From Podarcis erhardii (lineage: Eukaryota): a stretch of DNA of 64,000 nucleotides. The stretch is from the NCBI GenBank assembly GCA_964252035.1, contig OZ176216.1; one strand, 5' to 3'. Positions 20,992 to 34,700 of the stretch are shown one piece after another. The translations under genes and the position numbers were made by a program. Below the pieces are notes generated by a model. It was not told the DNA's origin and searched no databases. It saw nothing but the letters and a program-made list of their open reading frames with translations. Positions within the stretch are counted from its first letter, which is position 1; the number at the start of each line of letters is the position of its first letter.

Positions 20992-23900
20992 TATGTGAAT
21001 TGAAAAGACTTTCTTCTGCCACATTCAAACCTGATGCTGTATATTTTTAACAGTTCTATTATTGGTAAGTTGTTATGTTTTGATTTACAGTTGTGAGATG
21101 CCTTGTGGGTTAGGAGTTTTTATAAATTCTGCTGCACGTGTAAACCTAGCCTAAAAATACTTCTGGAAGGTATCCAGGCTGAGACTTCAATGGAAATCTA
21201 GAAGGGAGTTCCACATCTGTAAGGCAACAACGAAGAACCTCTGTTTAGGAGCCTTTGCTCTTCCAATAGTATAGTCAAAGTGCTGGTTTCCAAATGTATA
21301 TTTAAATGCGCATATCAAAACAATTGCAACCTCAGCCCTACCTGAGCAATAGGATCCTCCCCATATCCTATCCTATTGCAAGAATCACAGAGATTCCCAA
21401 AAAGAATCACAAATACAGACAGCAGAGGCAAATGCTGATGCGCACACTGCGGTCTACCATAATCATGAAATTAACTCTCCTTGTGTATTTTTAACAGAAG
21501 ACCTGTAAAATCCGACTTTTGATAGTCAGCATAGATCTACTACTACATTTTTGTCTGATTCTATTTGAAAGGATAGTACATTTGCTTTAAAATTTGCTAC
21601 GCAGAATGGCTTGAATGCTGGGGGATAACTTTTTCTTTAAAAAAAACATTGTTTGCTTTGTGCATCTAAAGTAATAAACACATAAATACGTGACTGACTC
21701 AAAACACAGACAACTGTAAGTAGAGATTGTGCAATCCTGGGATCATAGTTACATCAGTCTTTGATTAGAGAAGACTGGGATGACTGCACCACACTCAATA
21801 CTAAGAAAAACTGACACCCCAGAACTGCTACACAGTTCTACGGTACAATCATCTATTTTAGAAGCTGTGCTTACTTAAGTTGACAGCAAAGGAATTAAGA
21901 ATGGCTCCTGACTAAGCCATTTAATTTCCGCTTGTTTTACACTGAAGGGCAAGAAACTGGCTATATTCTGGAATGAACAAACGTAAAAATGTTTGCATGA
22001 GGGTTTTCCCCTTACTCCACAAACCACTAAGCTCAAAATATACACCCGACACAAGGAGTGCTTTTTATCTTCTGTAAAAGAGAACTATTACCCCAGGTGT
22101 ATTTAAAACAGTCTGACCAGGAAAACATTAGCATTGATCCTCAAATGTTGAGTTTGTTTGATCTAAGGGCCCAAAAGGGTCAGCTGTGTGCAAAATAAGA
22201 CCAAATTAACCCTGGTAATCAACCAGGGCATTCCACGTGTCCCCTGCAGACAGACAGTGGTTTCTCGCTGACTACGGTGTGCAATGTTTGCTAATGGAAA
22301 GTTGCAAAAATCAAGGGTAAGACTAAAGAGATGTTGACTGAACAAGCTGCGACTTCTCACTCCTGCCACCATGGACCCCAAAGAGTTACTCTTGAAATGT
22401 GATAGTCTCACTAGTGCAGCCTCTGGTGCACCTAAGGGAGCTGCAGTTGAAATGAGAAAGCCAAAGAATTCAGGTGCATGTGCAGAGATGCTTGGCAGCA
22501 TACATGGCGGTCTGATTCGCCAACTCGTTATTGCTGTGGTCATTTAAGAAACTTGGGGGGGGGGGGATTGGCACCTTTTACAAAAGAGTAAAGTGGAAAC
22601 ATCTAACAATGATAATATTATACCCCATATAACCTCTGCTTGGATTATCTTTATTACTAGTTCTATCCAATCACCCAGTTTCTCTTGATGTGCACATGCA
22701 GTTAGCTTCTTTTAGAATAATGAAATAGTCTGTTGCATCATGAAACTTTCAGCCTAAAAATGATGAGCTTGTAACAGCTGTTCTTTTCTGACATTGTGCT
22801 TCCTAGGAGCATTTTTCTGTGTCGATGGATGGCCTTTGTGGCAACTAGATACTATACATTTGAAGATGGAACTGTTTTAAGGACTCTAAAAGCAGCCAAA
22901 TGTATCCAGTGCTAAGCAGGGAGCCACACCCAACCTTGTGGCTGGTTCTTGGACAGCTTCATTTCTCCTGTTGACTCTTATGTGAAATGACATATGTGCA
23001 TCTGAAGAAACTGGAAATTCTCTTGCTAGATTCTACATTTTGGGGTGTGGTGTTTAGCCTGCCATTGACCTGAAGTCTCAGGAGAAGGGTTCGGAGATAC
23101 TTTGCGGCAAAATGCAGATCCTGTATTTTTGGAGGTACTCAGCTCATTACCTAACTGCATGCCCCATCCTCACTACAAGGATAAGAGGTCTGTTAAAACA
23201 CCTTCCTTACTTCAAAACTGTCAATCCAGTACTCCCATTTTGCAACTGGAACATACAAATTGAGCAGATAATCCTCATTTCTTGTGTTTGTTCTGTTTTG
23301 CTGTACAGAGCTTGGGGACTTTTGCCTTATTTTGGGGCCTCTTCACAGTAATAATTCAATATAAAAGGAAGAAAACAGAGTGCACCTGCTGGTCTATCAT
23401 ATACCAATGCACTATCATAGAGGGAACAAGCTACTCAAAGATGTTCCAGTTGGGAAAAGACTGGAAGGTGCTGGTAGATGGGGAAGATAAAAGAGAATGG
23501 ATGGCAAAAGAACTATGCCTCTTGGAAGCTTAGCTTACAAACTAAGCTATGAGGATCCAGAGAGAAGTTCCTCTGGGTGATGATATTCATCCCTTGTTTG
23601 GGATGTTTGAGACACCCATGTTGAAATCACAGTGGTATAATAACCACAATAAACCTAGAAGATTTGTAAGCTCACCCATTCATTTGCAATGGCAAGGTAA
23701 CAGAACACAAGATTAGATTATTTTTATCCTGAGGCAGCATCACCAGCTGCTATGGTACCTGTTTCTGGACTCAAAGTATCCGAGAAATCCCAGGAAGCTG
23801 CTGTTAAAGTGCCAACATCTTAGGATGTACATTTCCATAAAACGTAACAGCTTTTATAAAGAAATCTTGCATAGTCTTTATGCGAAAATCAGGGATAAAA

Positions 23901-24003
23901 AGCAACCTCCACTTGAAAGCCCCTAAAAAGCATAGGTCTAGTAAGCAACTGGAGCAGACGCAATCCCAAAGCTCACTTTATTCTCTCTTCCCCGGTTTAC
24001 TAC

Positions 24004-24083
24004 CTGTTATTGTTCCGGCAGTTCCGGCAGTTCGCGCATTCTGAAGGGTCTGTCTGAGGCATAGCTGTGTATACACCACCACC
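24004..24083 (-). CDS. CDON: CDON exon 18, cytoplasmic Cys motif
   Basis: Hand translation GGGVYTAMPQTDPSECANCRNCRNNNR; 80 nt, phase 0-2. Confidence 0.95.
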
Positions 24084-25280
24084 CTAGATAAATTGGGGGT
24101 TTGGGGAGGGGAGAGAATAACAAATCAGAATAAATTCAAGCCCTTAAGCATGCCATCTGTTACAATTAACAACAACAGATTCTATTCTAATTTGTAATGA
24201 AGTTTGGCATTCATCAAAAAGACAGAGCACACAGTATTGCAAAATTTGTTTTGCAAAGCCTAACTTTCAGCATGTATGCTACAGCAAAAACTAACAGCTG
24301 TAGCTTGCCCATGTATGTTGTAATTTCCTTGGCTCTATTTTCAGCCTGTAGTGCCCAACTCAAATTTGACAAAACTGAAAATGCTTCACACAGAGATGAG
24401 ACATGAAAGTAACTTCCTTTCCAATACAGACTTTTGTCTGCTTGTGGAGACAAGATATACATGTGGCTAGTATGATGAATACATCTTGACTGATTTTCTT
24501 GTAATTAATCTGATTAGATCAGCTTGCTTCACCAAACTCAGTTTTGAAATGTTCTTTATTTTCACAGATGCAATAATTCACCAGCCAAGAGTGATTTGGG
24601 GTTTGGGGGTGAGAGGGATTTTGAATTGTTGGTTTTGGCTGCAGAATCCTTTACAAATAAAAATGCTAAGATTAACACATACCTCACTGCTGAATGCAAG
24701 GGAGATGCAGGTTTGAGGAATATTTGAAAATGAGGTAGTACAGGTGGCAATAAAAATCCTTATTTAACTACTCAAGACTGTGAAAGACCATTTTACATCC
24801 AAGACTCAAACTCTACTGAACAAATCTTTCTGTCCAATATTTGACCATGAAGACATCCAAAGCAAAACTGCTCCTGCACACTAGTTCTAAGTTGCTACAT
24901 TTGCTCAACGCAATAAATTTGCTCACTAGTAAATCATGAGAACTATAGTTCTGTGTGTGGGTCAGAGGGCTTTAAAAGAACGTACTATATAGCCACACAA
25001 AATTCCAATTTCATACTCCAATTTAGCCCTGGTGTGTTGTTTCAAGATGAAGAGGACAAATTAGAATATTATAGGCAGATCCTCACTTTGATATTATGGA
25101 TCGGGCAAGTACAACAGACACATGGTTCTCATTAAGTTGAAGAGTGTCTCTAAATGTCAGTATGCAGCCCTTTGAAATATACAAAACCAGTGAATAAGAA
25201 AAGAAAACACCTTTGCTTTGGATTATTTTATAGGCATGCATGCTGAACTACAGATTTCATATTTAGTTTAAAAGGTACTA

Positions 25281-25519
25281 CAGAGCATACTCAGGTTGTG
25301 AACGTGATCCGTGCGGGAGGCACGTTCGCAACCCGCAGCGTCACATCTGCGCATGAGGAGGTCGCGTTTTGGCACTTATGTGAATGCACAAAGTGCGATT
25401 TAGTGCTTCTGCACATGCGCCGAAACCCGGAAGTAACCCGTTCCGGTACTTCCAGGTTTGGCGCGGTGCGCAACCCGAAAACACGCAACCTGAAGCGCCT
25501 GTAACCCGAGGTATTACTG
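25281..25519. mobile_element. Tc/mariner (Tigger-like) MITE
   Basis: TA flanks; right end AACCCGAGGTATTACTG, left end decayed CAGAGCATACTCAGGTT; CpG-rich. Confidence 0.8.
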
Positions 25520-27223
25520 TATTTTTATTCAGGATGTAAATGTCAAAGTGAGAATCAGGCCTTAGACAAGCATCTAAAAGAAAAACTGGTTAACACCTGT
25601 TTTAGGTTTGTGTCCCTGGAATACCCCTATACAGACAATAGACAATTGTTCTGTTTAGGTTCACATAGTCTGGATATATCCATCACTTACAGAATGCTTA
25701 TAGAATCATGTTTTGATACTTGTAAAATCAGTGTTTGGGTTGGCTTTTAAAAAGAATGAGAACTTATGAGTTTAAGAGTGCTGCAAAAAGAAATAAGATA
25801 AGGCAAGGTTATCTGAAGTGGCAACTCTTGCTTGAGCAGCAATCTGTTTCTCCCTAAAATGAAGCTCTTGTGTTCAGTTACCAAAAACAAACACTAGTCC
25901 TATATTCCCTACCACCCTCAGAAGTATTCTTACTCAACAAAAATTGAACACATTATTTGTTTCCCCATAAAATATTCAAACAGTTTTGAGCAGGACCAGT
26001 GTTAAAAAAAAGATTAGCTATTTAGATAATTCCTTAGGGAAACAAATGAAAAAAAAAAAATCATAATACAGGGGCCTAATCACAATCATTCTTAATAATT
26101 TCAACCGAAGTCTCAAACATTCAGAATGCAGATAGACTTATGGTGTGTCAGAGCAGGACCAGGAGAAGGGATTTCTTGATTTATTAACCTAAAGTTTTGG
26201 CACACTGTAATGTAATAAAGAGCCCTGCTTAAAAGTTAAACCTGAAGTGGGGCTGTAGGAACAGCCTGGTCATAAAGCTAAAGGTTCTGGCACAATTAAT
26301 GGACGAATGTGAGAAGTCTCCAATAAGATCACAAAAATCTCCAAGCAATGTAAGTGAGTGGAAGGGTATCCAATGTGTAACTGCCATTATTACTGTGATG
26401 TAGAGCTAAACTGAGAATGCCTGAGGAATAATTCCACCCAAGCACCTTCATCAAAGTTGGGCTGACAGCCTTCAAGAACAAAAAACAACAACAAAGCAGA
26501 ATAGTACATGGGAAACTACACTTATGCAAGTTACCTCTATCTATCTATATGCTGGTTCACACATAAAAAATCACCATTGATGACATGCACATATATAATA
26601 TAAAAATAGATCAGTAAAAGCACAACTTTCTTCAACCAAGTCTAACGCAAAACTTTCCAATGGTGTTTGTTCATCCCATCAGGTTCACACATGCATGCAT
26701 AACATCTTTATTCTGAAAAACTTGGCAGAGTCACAAGAAATGATGAGAACTGAAAGACAGCATATTTGCTATGCTTGATCTTTTAGCCAACCTTTTTGAG
26801 CCTCTCTGTAATCACCAGGTTAGCAAAACATTAATATTGGGTGTTAAAAATGCTGTTTAAAAATGAAGATTCTAACCCCTAACAGTGCAGTAAAAGCTTA
26901 TGAGTTATGTAAAAAAGGGGGTTGGGTGGGGATAGAGTTTACAAACAAATCCATATATTCAGATTCAAAATATAAAATTAACTGAGATGTATGGAGATGT
27001 CATTTGAAATACATGTGCAGTTCTCTTGTAGGGGTCTGAAATGATTAATTTTAATGTAACATACTTCTATGAGGTTACTTCCAGCAAGTTAAGCTTCAAA
27101 AAGCATGCCATGTTGTGGAATTTTCAACATATTTTTGTTAAGTGCTGAATGCTTTCCATTTCCTAAGATTTCATTTTGTATTATGTTCAAGAAACAGACC
27201 TCCAACATCTAGGGCTTACTTAC

Positions 27224-27510
27224 ATTTCCGAGGTGGTGGGTGTGTTCATATTCCATGTGCGCTCTGGACAGGGAATTAGTGTGCCTTGGATAAACAACAG
27301 TTCCTCCATTTACAGCACCATTCATGATTCCATTCGTTCCATTAGGAACCTTGTGATGGAGGTGAAGGCAACCATTATTATGGTTTCCATTACTGATAAA
27401 GTTTCCATGTATGCTGCCATTGATACGACTTGTGCCTGGTAATGTTGTGTACTCAACCATTTGCCCATTGATATCAGCACGTTGGTAAAGGTAACCAGGA
27501 GGATCATACT
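27224..27510 (-). CDS. CDON: CDON exon 17, cytoplasmic
   Basis: [24 protein letters not shown]...HLHHKVPNG...EHTHHLGN; 287 nt, phase 1-0; donor GTAAGT. Confidence 0.95.
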
Positions 27511-28336
27511 CTGCAAGAGTGAGGATTGGGAGAAAATGCTTAACACTTCAACTCTTCAACATGTTTTTTATCTGAAAAGGTTACAGATGAAAACGTTTTA
27601 CAGCTAGCTGTTCATGGTAGAGTTTACACCCCTAGCACTACAATGCCTTAAGCCCTTTGCAGATTGTAAAACATGTTACAATCTGACTGACAGAGTTCAG
27701 ATAGCAGATTACCACCACTGATAATTAAGGGGCTAACACAGATTACATGTTTTGCATATTTACCACTGTTTGGGGAATCTGACAGCTTTTGTGGCATAAA
27801 GACACTTATTTTATTGCACCAGCACTGTTCTTAACAATGCAATATAGATTGTTCTGTCAGATCTATAGTTATAAGAGCCAAGTAAAACTGCTATTATTAT
27901 ATTTATTTATATCCCACATTTCCCCCAGACCAAGACACAATTGCTATACCTTATGAACATTTAGAATACCAAAAATGTAGGAACAGGAAGCATCTCCCTT
28001 TCCCAGCAGATTTCAAAGAAGACTGTAACTATGTAAGTTGGCCATTAACCATATCTACCAATATCCTCTGAAAGTGAAAATATAAAATTCTCCTAGAATA
28101 CATTTCTATTGCTAAGTTGGAATGGAAAGTGAAGGCACGGAGTTAGGCTCTAATCTCTATGTTTCATAAGAAGAATAAAGCGATTTTTCAAATTTGTTCC
28201 CCTCTGTTATTCAGTGGTGATCATAACAGCAACTGAAATTCACAATAAATGTTGTGGTGTTAGGTTACATGGCAAAAATATTGTTTCATTAGGTTTGGTC
28301 CAGCAGAGGATATGAAAAATATTAGAATTAACCTAC

Positions 28337-28564
28337 TCTGCATGGCAATTTGCTGGCGATTCTTCCACAAGCACATAGCAATGAAGGCTATCAGAATAAG
28401 CACCATCACTCCAAGGACACAGCCCACAATCAGGTATAACATGTCACTGCTTCGGACGGGACCATTTGGTTGACCAGCATTACTCCCAACTCCACGATCA
28501 GGAGAATTTGGTGGTGTGCTAAGGTCCTTCACTGGGTATTCTGATGCTCCAGGTGTGCGTTTCA
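28337..28564 (-). CDS. CDON: CDON exon 16, juxtamembrane and transmembrane helix
   Basis: [18 protein letters not shown]...[35 protein letters not shown]; 228 nt. Confidence 0.96.
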
Positions 28565-29406
28565 CTAATGTGGAGAGAGGAGAGTATACAATAAAACACA
28601 CATTTAAAATAGCAAGTCTACGAAGTGTTATTAATTCTATAAGTTAATCAAGAGCTGCAACTACTGCAATCCAAAATGGCATAAAATATGATGGTAGAAC
28701 ATTTTTTATGTTCATAAGTTACTTGATAATATATATTTGTTTTGGAATTTGTTTACCCTCAAGTCCACACATGTGTCACTGCTTTAGCTTCTTTCACACT
28801 TTCACACATCGGAATAATGAACATTACCAGAATGTAAAGGGTGTGTAAAGTAGTTGACAAAAAAAGATAATGGGCCCATTTTTGTTGTCAAATATCAATG
28901 CTTATGATATTGGTATGAACACATACCAATATATTCTGGGACAGGTGTGCATAAAATTTATTAAAGATCCTTCTTCTACCCTTACTAGTATCCCAAAATT
29001 TTATATTTTAAAACTGATCATAGTTTCAAACATAGTTTGCTTTAAAAGAAATAAATTATTTATTGAACAACAAGGGTATTGGGTAGCTGATGATAAATCC
29101 TATGTGTCTTTCTGAACCCAGAAACTGAAGCCGTCTTTTTGTTTACAGCAATAACAAGCAAGAGCATTAGCTTGAGATAAAGTATGGGAAGATAGCACAG
29201 TTTTATGCATTGAATTAGAAGCTCTCTCAAGCACTGAGGTTTGGTTTTGATGGTAGAATGTGATTTCTAAAAGCCCATATTGGATTACATATAGTGTGCT
29301 AAAATGGAATATTCATTTTCATGAAGTCAAGAAACTAACTAAAACATCTGAAATATTGTGAAAAATATTTGAAAAGAAATGAATTCTTACATAAGTATGA
29401 AGATTA

Positions 29407-29765
29407 AAGGTAAAGGTACCCCTGACCGTTAGGTCCAGTCGCAGACGACTCTGGGGTTGCACGCTCATCTCGCTCTATAGGCTGAGGGAGCCGGCGTTTG
29501 TCCGCAGACAGCTTCCGGGTCATGAGGCCAGCATAACTAAGCTGCTTCTGGCCAACCAGAGCAGCGCATGGAAACGCCATTTACCTTCCTGCCGGAGCGG
29601 TACCTATTTATCTACTTGCACGTTGACGTGTTTTCGAACTGCTAGGTGGGGAGGAGCTGGAACCAAACAATGGGAGCTTATCCCATTGCAGGGATTCGAA
29701 CTGCTGACCTTCTGATTGGCAAGCCCTAGGCTCTGTGGTTTGGACCACAGTGCCACCCACGTCCC
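29407..29765 (-). mobile_element. Full-length Sauria SINE (Squam1)
   Basis: GGGACGTGGGTGGCACTGTGG head, B box GTTCGAATCC, ACCTTT-repeat tail; perfect 14-bp TSD AAGTATGAAGATTA at 29393-29406 and 29766-29779. Confidence 0.95.
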
Positions 29766-29841
29766 AAGTATGAAGATTAGGGAACAGCAAATATATGGCT
29801 ATTGGTTTAGTGACAGAAGAAAAATAACAGCTCCTTCTCAC

Positions 29842-29964
29842 CTTTGGTCTCACAGATCATCACATTGCTGTAGTCACTTTCACCTCCTTCATTGTAGCAC
29901 TGCATTTTAATATCATAAGATGTTTCAGGTTGCAGGTGACTTATCAAGTGCCATTGCTTTGTGC
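29842..29964 (-). CDS. CDON: CDON exon 15, FN3-3 C-part
   Basis: [41 protein letters not shown]; 123 nt. Confidence 0.97.
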
Positions 29965-30840
29965 CTAGAAAGAAAAACATACAGACATGTAGCATGTTTG
30001 TTTCACAATTTGGAAAATATAAACTGAGCTAAAAAATGTAGGAACTGTCCTTCCAATTTGAGGACAACAGGTAAAAAATAAATGACCCATTGCAATTAAG
30101 AGCTAAGATAGCAGGCCAAAATCAGTCTTACATACACAAATATGCATATAAGAAGAATGTAATTTACTACTAATAAAATGTCTACAACCTTCCTGAACAT
30201 GTTTGTCTCAAAGATGGAATGTAGCATCTATTTAACATAAAAACCCTAAGGGCAAAGTCTGAATCAGACATGTAAATAAAACTGCAATAAGAAATATTTG
30301 GCAGAAAGTGGTTGTTTTAAACTTTGGAATTTGGCCAATACAAAGCAGTATGCATGGACAGCCATGGATCACAACATGCTATGATCACAGAATGTCTATC
30401 TTAAAGAGACTCATCTCACCCCATTGTTGATGACCTTCCACCATGCTATTAAGATCTGACTTAAAAATTAAATAAAAATAAAGAATGCAATAGGAGCCTG
30501 GTAGAAAGAGACACTGTACTTTTGACTGTAGGTCTTGCTGTTGATACAACTAATCACAATATGATACAAAGAGTAACATGAACCACCTCCACCTTTGTTA
30601 TAGCTTAAGCAAGACTAACACCATCTTGTTGCAGGCTGACACCATAATCATGTATTCTCACTGTAATCATGCTGACATGCAAGCTTAAGAGAGGAACAGA
30701 GAAAAAGCAAACCACAAGAGGGTGTGTAAAGGGCAGTTTTAGGAGCATGCTAGGCCATGACATTTAAATGGAATAAACAAAAAAATGCCTAGCTAGCTGA
30801 AATGTGGAAGCATCTGTCTATGCAGTTAAGCTGGCGCTAT

Positions 30841-31092
30841 GAAGAAGAAGAAGAAGAGTTTGGATTTGTTATCCCGCCTTTCACTCCCTTTAAGGAGTCT
30901 CAAAGCGGCTAACATTCTCCTTTCCCTTCCTCCCCCACAACAAACACTCTGTGAGGTGAGTGGGGCTGAGAGACTTCAGAGAAGTGTGACTGGCCCAAGG
31001 TCACCCAACAGCTGCATGTGGAGGAGCGGGGACGCGAACCCGGTTCACCAGATTACGAGTCTACCACTCTTAACCACTACACCACACTGGCT
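30841..31092 (-). mobile_element. Squam3-type SINE with (TTC)n tail
   Basis: Full head-to-tail copy; (GAA)5 on the plus strand at 30841. Confidence 0.9.
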
Positions 31093-34000
31093 ATCACACG
31101 CAAGATTGTATTACTGGGAGTTTTGCAAGTCTAACCTATATGTATAAAAACTGTGTGCAATCAGAGATAAGGATTCAGCTTCTGATCACTTTTCTGATTG
31201 CTTGTTGTTACCTTTTCTGCTCAAGTAAGAAATTAAATTTGCTTTTAGAGAATTATTGAGCGTCACTTGTCGTTTTGATAGTGAGTAAAGGACTCAGCTG
31301 TGCAACAGACCTTAGGTGAGGTTTTCCCACAGCACTTTCCACCATGCTATTAAGACTTGACTTTTTAAAAAATAAAGCATGTGATAGGAGCCTGGTAGAA
31401 AGAGAAACTGTACTTTTGTCTGTAGGTATTCTGTTGATACAACAAATCATATGATAAAAGGAGTAACATTTTGCTAGCCACCTTAGGGTGTGTGTGTCTT
31501 TTTTGGAAAATATAAGTGTGTCACTTAAAGGCAGAAAAGTGAAGACATCACAAAAAGACTTGAAGCCACTCAATTCTATACTTAAGTCTAAGAACATACT
31601 CCAGAGAACCTGAGGAAAGCAGTTTACCAACAGCATGACTAGCTGTAGACAATTTTTATGTACTATGAAAATATATGAAGTAAGAAGGCCTTTGATATTC
31701 AGCATTGGAAATTCTAATCCAAACAAGTTCATTTAAGAGAATGATTTTACTGTGTCTGGCTGAAAGTCAATTTTTCGTTTAGACACCACCTGGTGTTTTC
31801 TTCGTACTCATAAATCACTTTCAGTCTGTATGCTCAGCCTTATGACAAGTTTTAATAAAGAGGAACCCACTATATTATAATTAAGATGGTTTAGATATGC
31901 CTAATGCTTCTTAAATGTCGACATCGTGGTCTATTTCTGCTGGAACTGCTTCCACCTAGAACACAGACAGATCTATAAGATACAGCCTTCACAGGGAAGA
32001 ATAGTATCAAGATGCTACTGTATTTCAACAGCACCCAAGTAGGGGTGCTATTTACACAATAACCCAATGCTCTTCTTTGCTCCACTTAGAAAGGTGGAAG
32101 TAAAGCCGAGTCGTTTCAGTTGGTGCTTCCCTTGATCTCCACATACAGTCCGACAAAGGTGAAAATGGGCCTTTATGTGCACAGATGCTTCGGCACCACC
32201 TGAAACATTGATCAATCACGGATCTCAACTGCATGGAAGGCTCCAGACATGTACACACACAGACACCTAATTCTCACCTTTGCGTCAATGCATAGAGCTT
32301 GAGTCAGCCAGTGTAATTCTGCTTCCCCTCAAAATCACACTCGATGTGTGAATCACATGCATATACAACTATTGTCCCTACTGAAAGACTGAACCAACAG
32401 GAGAACAGCACTGTTGTACAATACAGCCTGCCAATATCTGAAAGTCTGTGTGTTTAACTGCTTTGTTGAAGAGCCTTAGAGGTGACTGTTTCAAACAAAT
32501 CATAGTTCATTTATGTTTGCAGCTTATATCCTCAAAAATGAATACAGGCTGAAGCAGCAGACTAGCTTTTCCCCAGGAACTCAGTTTTCCAAATCTTTCT
32601 AAGCTCCATCTTCTCATTACACCTCAAGCATCCTTTTAGTAATTACATCAGGCTTTAGATTTTCCCTTCAAACGTTTACTAGAACTGGAATCAGTACAAA
32701 TATTTTAACTCTGTTCCCATATATTGAAGCAAGGAAAATGTAAGCAACTGTTATCTGAATGCACTTTGAGTTTTTGACACTAGCTCCATGAACCAAGTAT
32801 GGAATGCAAAATTTCAGCACAGGAGACAACAAAAGGTTTGGTGGTGCTTTTGTTGAACAAGCAGAAAGACAGAAAACTACTGACTATGTAATGAAGAACC
32901 AAATGCAAACATCAGGAACTTTAAAAATAAAATCAAGCTAGCATGTGGCAACATATACAGAAAAGGCATCAAAGTTTTGAGACAATCTCAGAAAGACAAG
33001 ACTGATCATGAAATGAAACCTTGGGCTACTAATGAAGTCACAACCATTGCGAAAACTTTACTACTGAGTGTTTGGAACTGAAAATCCTGTGCCGAAATTT
33101 ACTTATGAAAGGTACAAAAAAGAAAAAGAAAAATACAATGCAGCTGCAGTGATCCAAAAGGCGTGCACAAGAGATTCCCCTCTCTATATTTTCCTACATA
33201 ACTAAGGCTAATTTGAACATTTAAATCAATAAGTAGTTGTGGATATATAATGTAGTAAAGAAGAGTTTGATGTATAACATTTCTACCACTGTGCAAATTT
33301 CTGTTCAAGCTTTGGCACAGCAGAGCAGCTGCTAGTGGTTTCAGGCTTCCTTTAAGATTTCAGAATGCATAAACCTGAAAATCAGGAACAAGCAAATTTC
33401 ACAGCACAGCGGAGCTCACTTAAACATTTATAAACACAGATTCTGTGTACCAGAAAGGCTACAAGTGAAACACTGAACTTCTTCCAAGGTAATAGCTTAA
33501 CCTCTCAGTTAACATAGGTACACAGCAGCCCTGTAGCATTGTAGAGCAATATTAATATAGTAATAGATTCAAGCATGGCAACTTGTGGCAGCCATAGCCA
33601 TTCTATGCAATTGTGAGAACAGGTTTAATCTTACATAATTTTTAAGAGCTCATAGATGCACTAACAGGTGTTATCAGGGGAATTCTGTAGTTGTCAGTGC
33701 TCAACCAAATGCCTGTTCCTGCGTTAACGAATGTAATTGGTTTATATACTTTCCCACTGTACAGCTCATAAAATTAAGACCTACAAATGGATTAAAATCC
33801 ATCCAATAAAATCAGCTGCTTATACTGTATATTAGTGTTATGAGACTAAATCTGAGAAGCCAGTTCTTTTCCAGCTTCAAGCACGTTAAGAGATTTAACA
33901 CTTGAATTAAATAGAAGAACAATTGCAGTATAGAAAATTTTGCAGCTTATCTCAAATTGGTAACCTAAAAGTTAACAACATGGCATCTTTATAGTAATGG

Positions 34001-34594
34001 GACACTGAATTCAAAAAGTGAAGGATCATTCATTCACATGAACAGCTTCCACACAATCCTGTTAGACCATAATGAGATTTATGGATCATGTGCGAAATTT
34101 ATTATGAGAACTAATACTCCACAAATATAGTCCCACTGCAATTTCTGTGACAAGGGTTCAAGATCTGGCAGATAGTGACACAGGGAGGAAGAGATATTTG
34201 TTACAAACAACTATTAACCATTAGTTTTGTGTGGCTGCAACAGAAGCAAATGCAATTCTGGAGTGTACTAGTGAAAGTTCCTTTAGCAAAGAAGCTATTG
34301 ATCACCTGGTACAAGACACTGAATGAAAACATGTTTATTCTAGTGCCTCAACTCTAGTTCACAGGAATCAGAAAGGGTTCTCATCCCCCCCCCATTACAC
34401 TTTGGCTTTCTTAAATGTTACAAAGAGCACAGTCCTTTATACAGAGTTGTCTATTTCTGCGATGTCTTTTTTGTGATGTCTTTGTTATGTTTTCTTTACA
34501 TTAGAACAGCATTTGGGTTGATGCTTTGGAGGGGGAATAAGAAGTACTGTAATTGGAGCAATTCCTTGCATAATCAGAGTAAAATGTATCTTAC

Positions 34595-34700
34595 CTTCCA
34601 CAACATCCCTCTTGTAATCACTATCATTGTCACTATCTGTTGGCCGGTAATAAATATAAAATCCTTGGATGGGTGTGTTGTTGTTGCTTGAAGTGATATA
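34595..34700 (-). CDS. CDON: CDON exon 14, FN3-3 (Hedgehog-binding domain)
   Basis: Hand translation [35 protein letters not shown]; 106 nt; donor AG|GTAAGA. Confidence 0.96.

Noticed and set aside
20453-21024. GC-rich ORFs and apparent CpG island
   Set aside because: Entirely within a TIR/TA-bounded transposon; not a promoter or gene
29690-29765. tRNA-like heads here and near 7660-7722, 31030-31092, 38560-38620, 47860-47928
   Set aside because: SINE heads with A/B boxes, not complete cloverleaf tRNAs
31253-31732. 159-aa intronic ORF
   Set aside because: TTG start, low-information sequence, no homology or splice support
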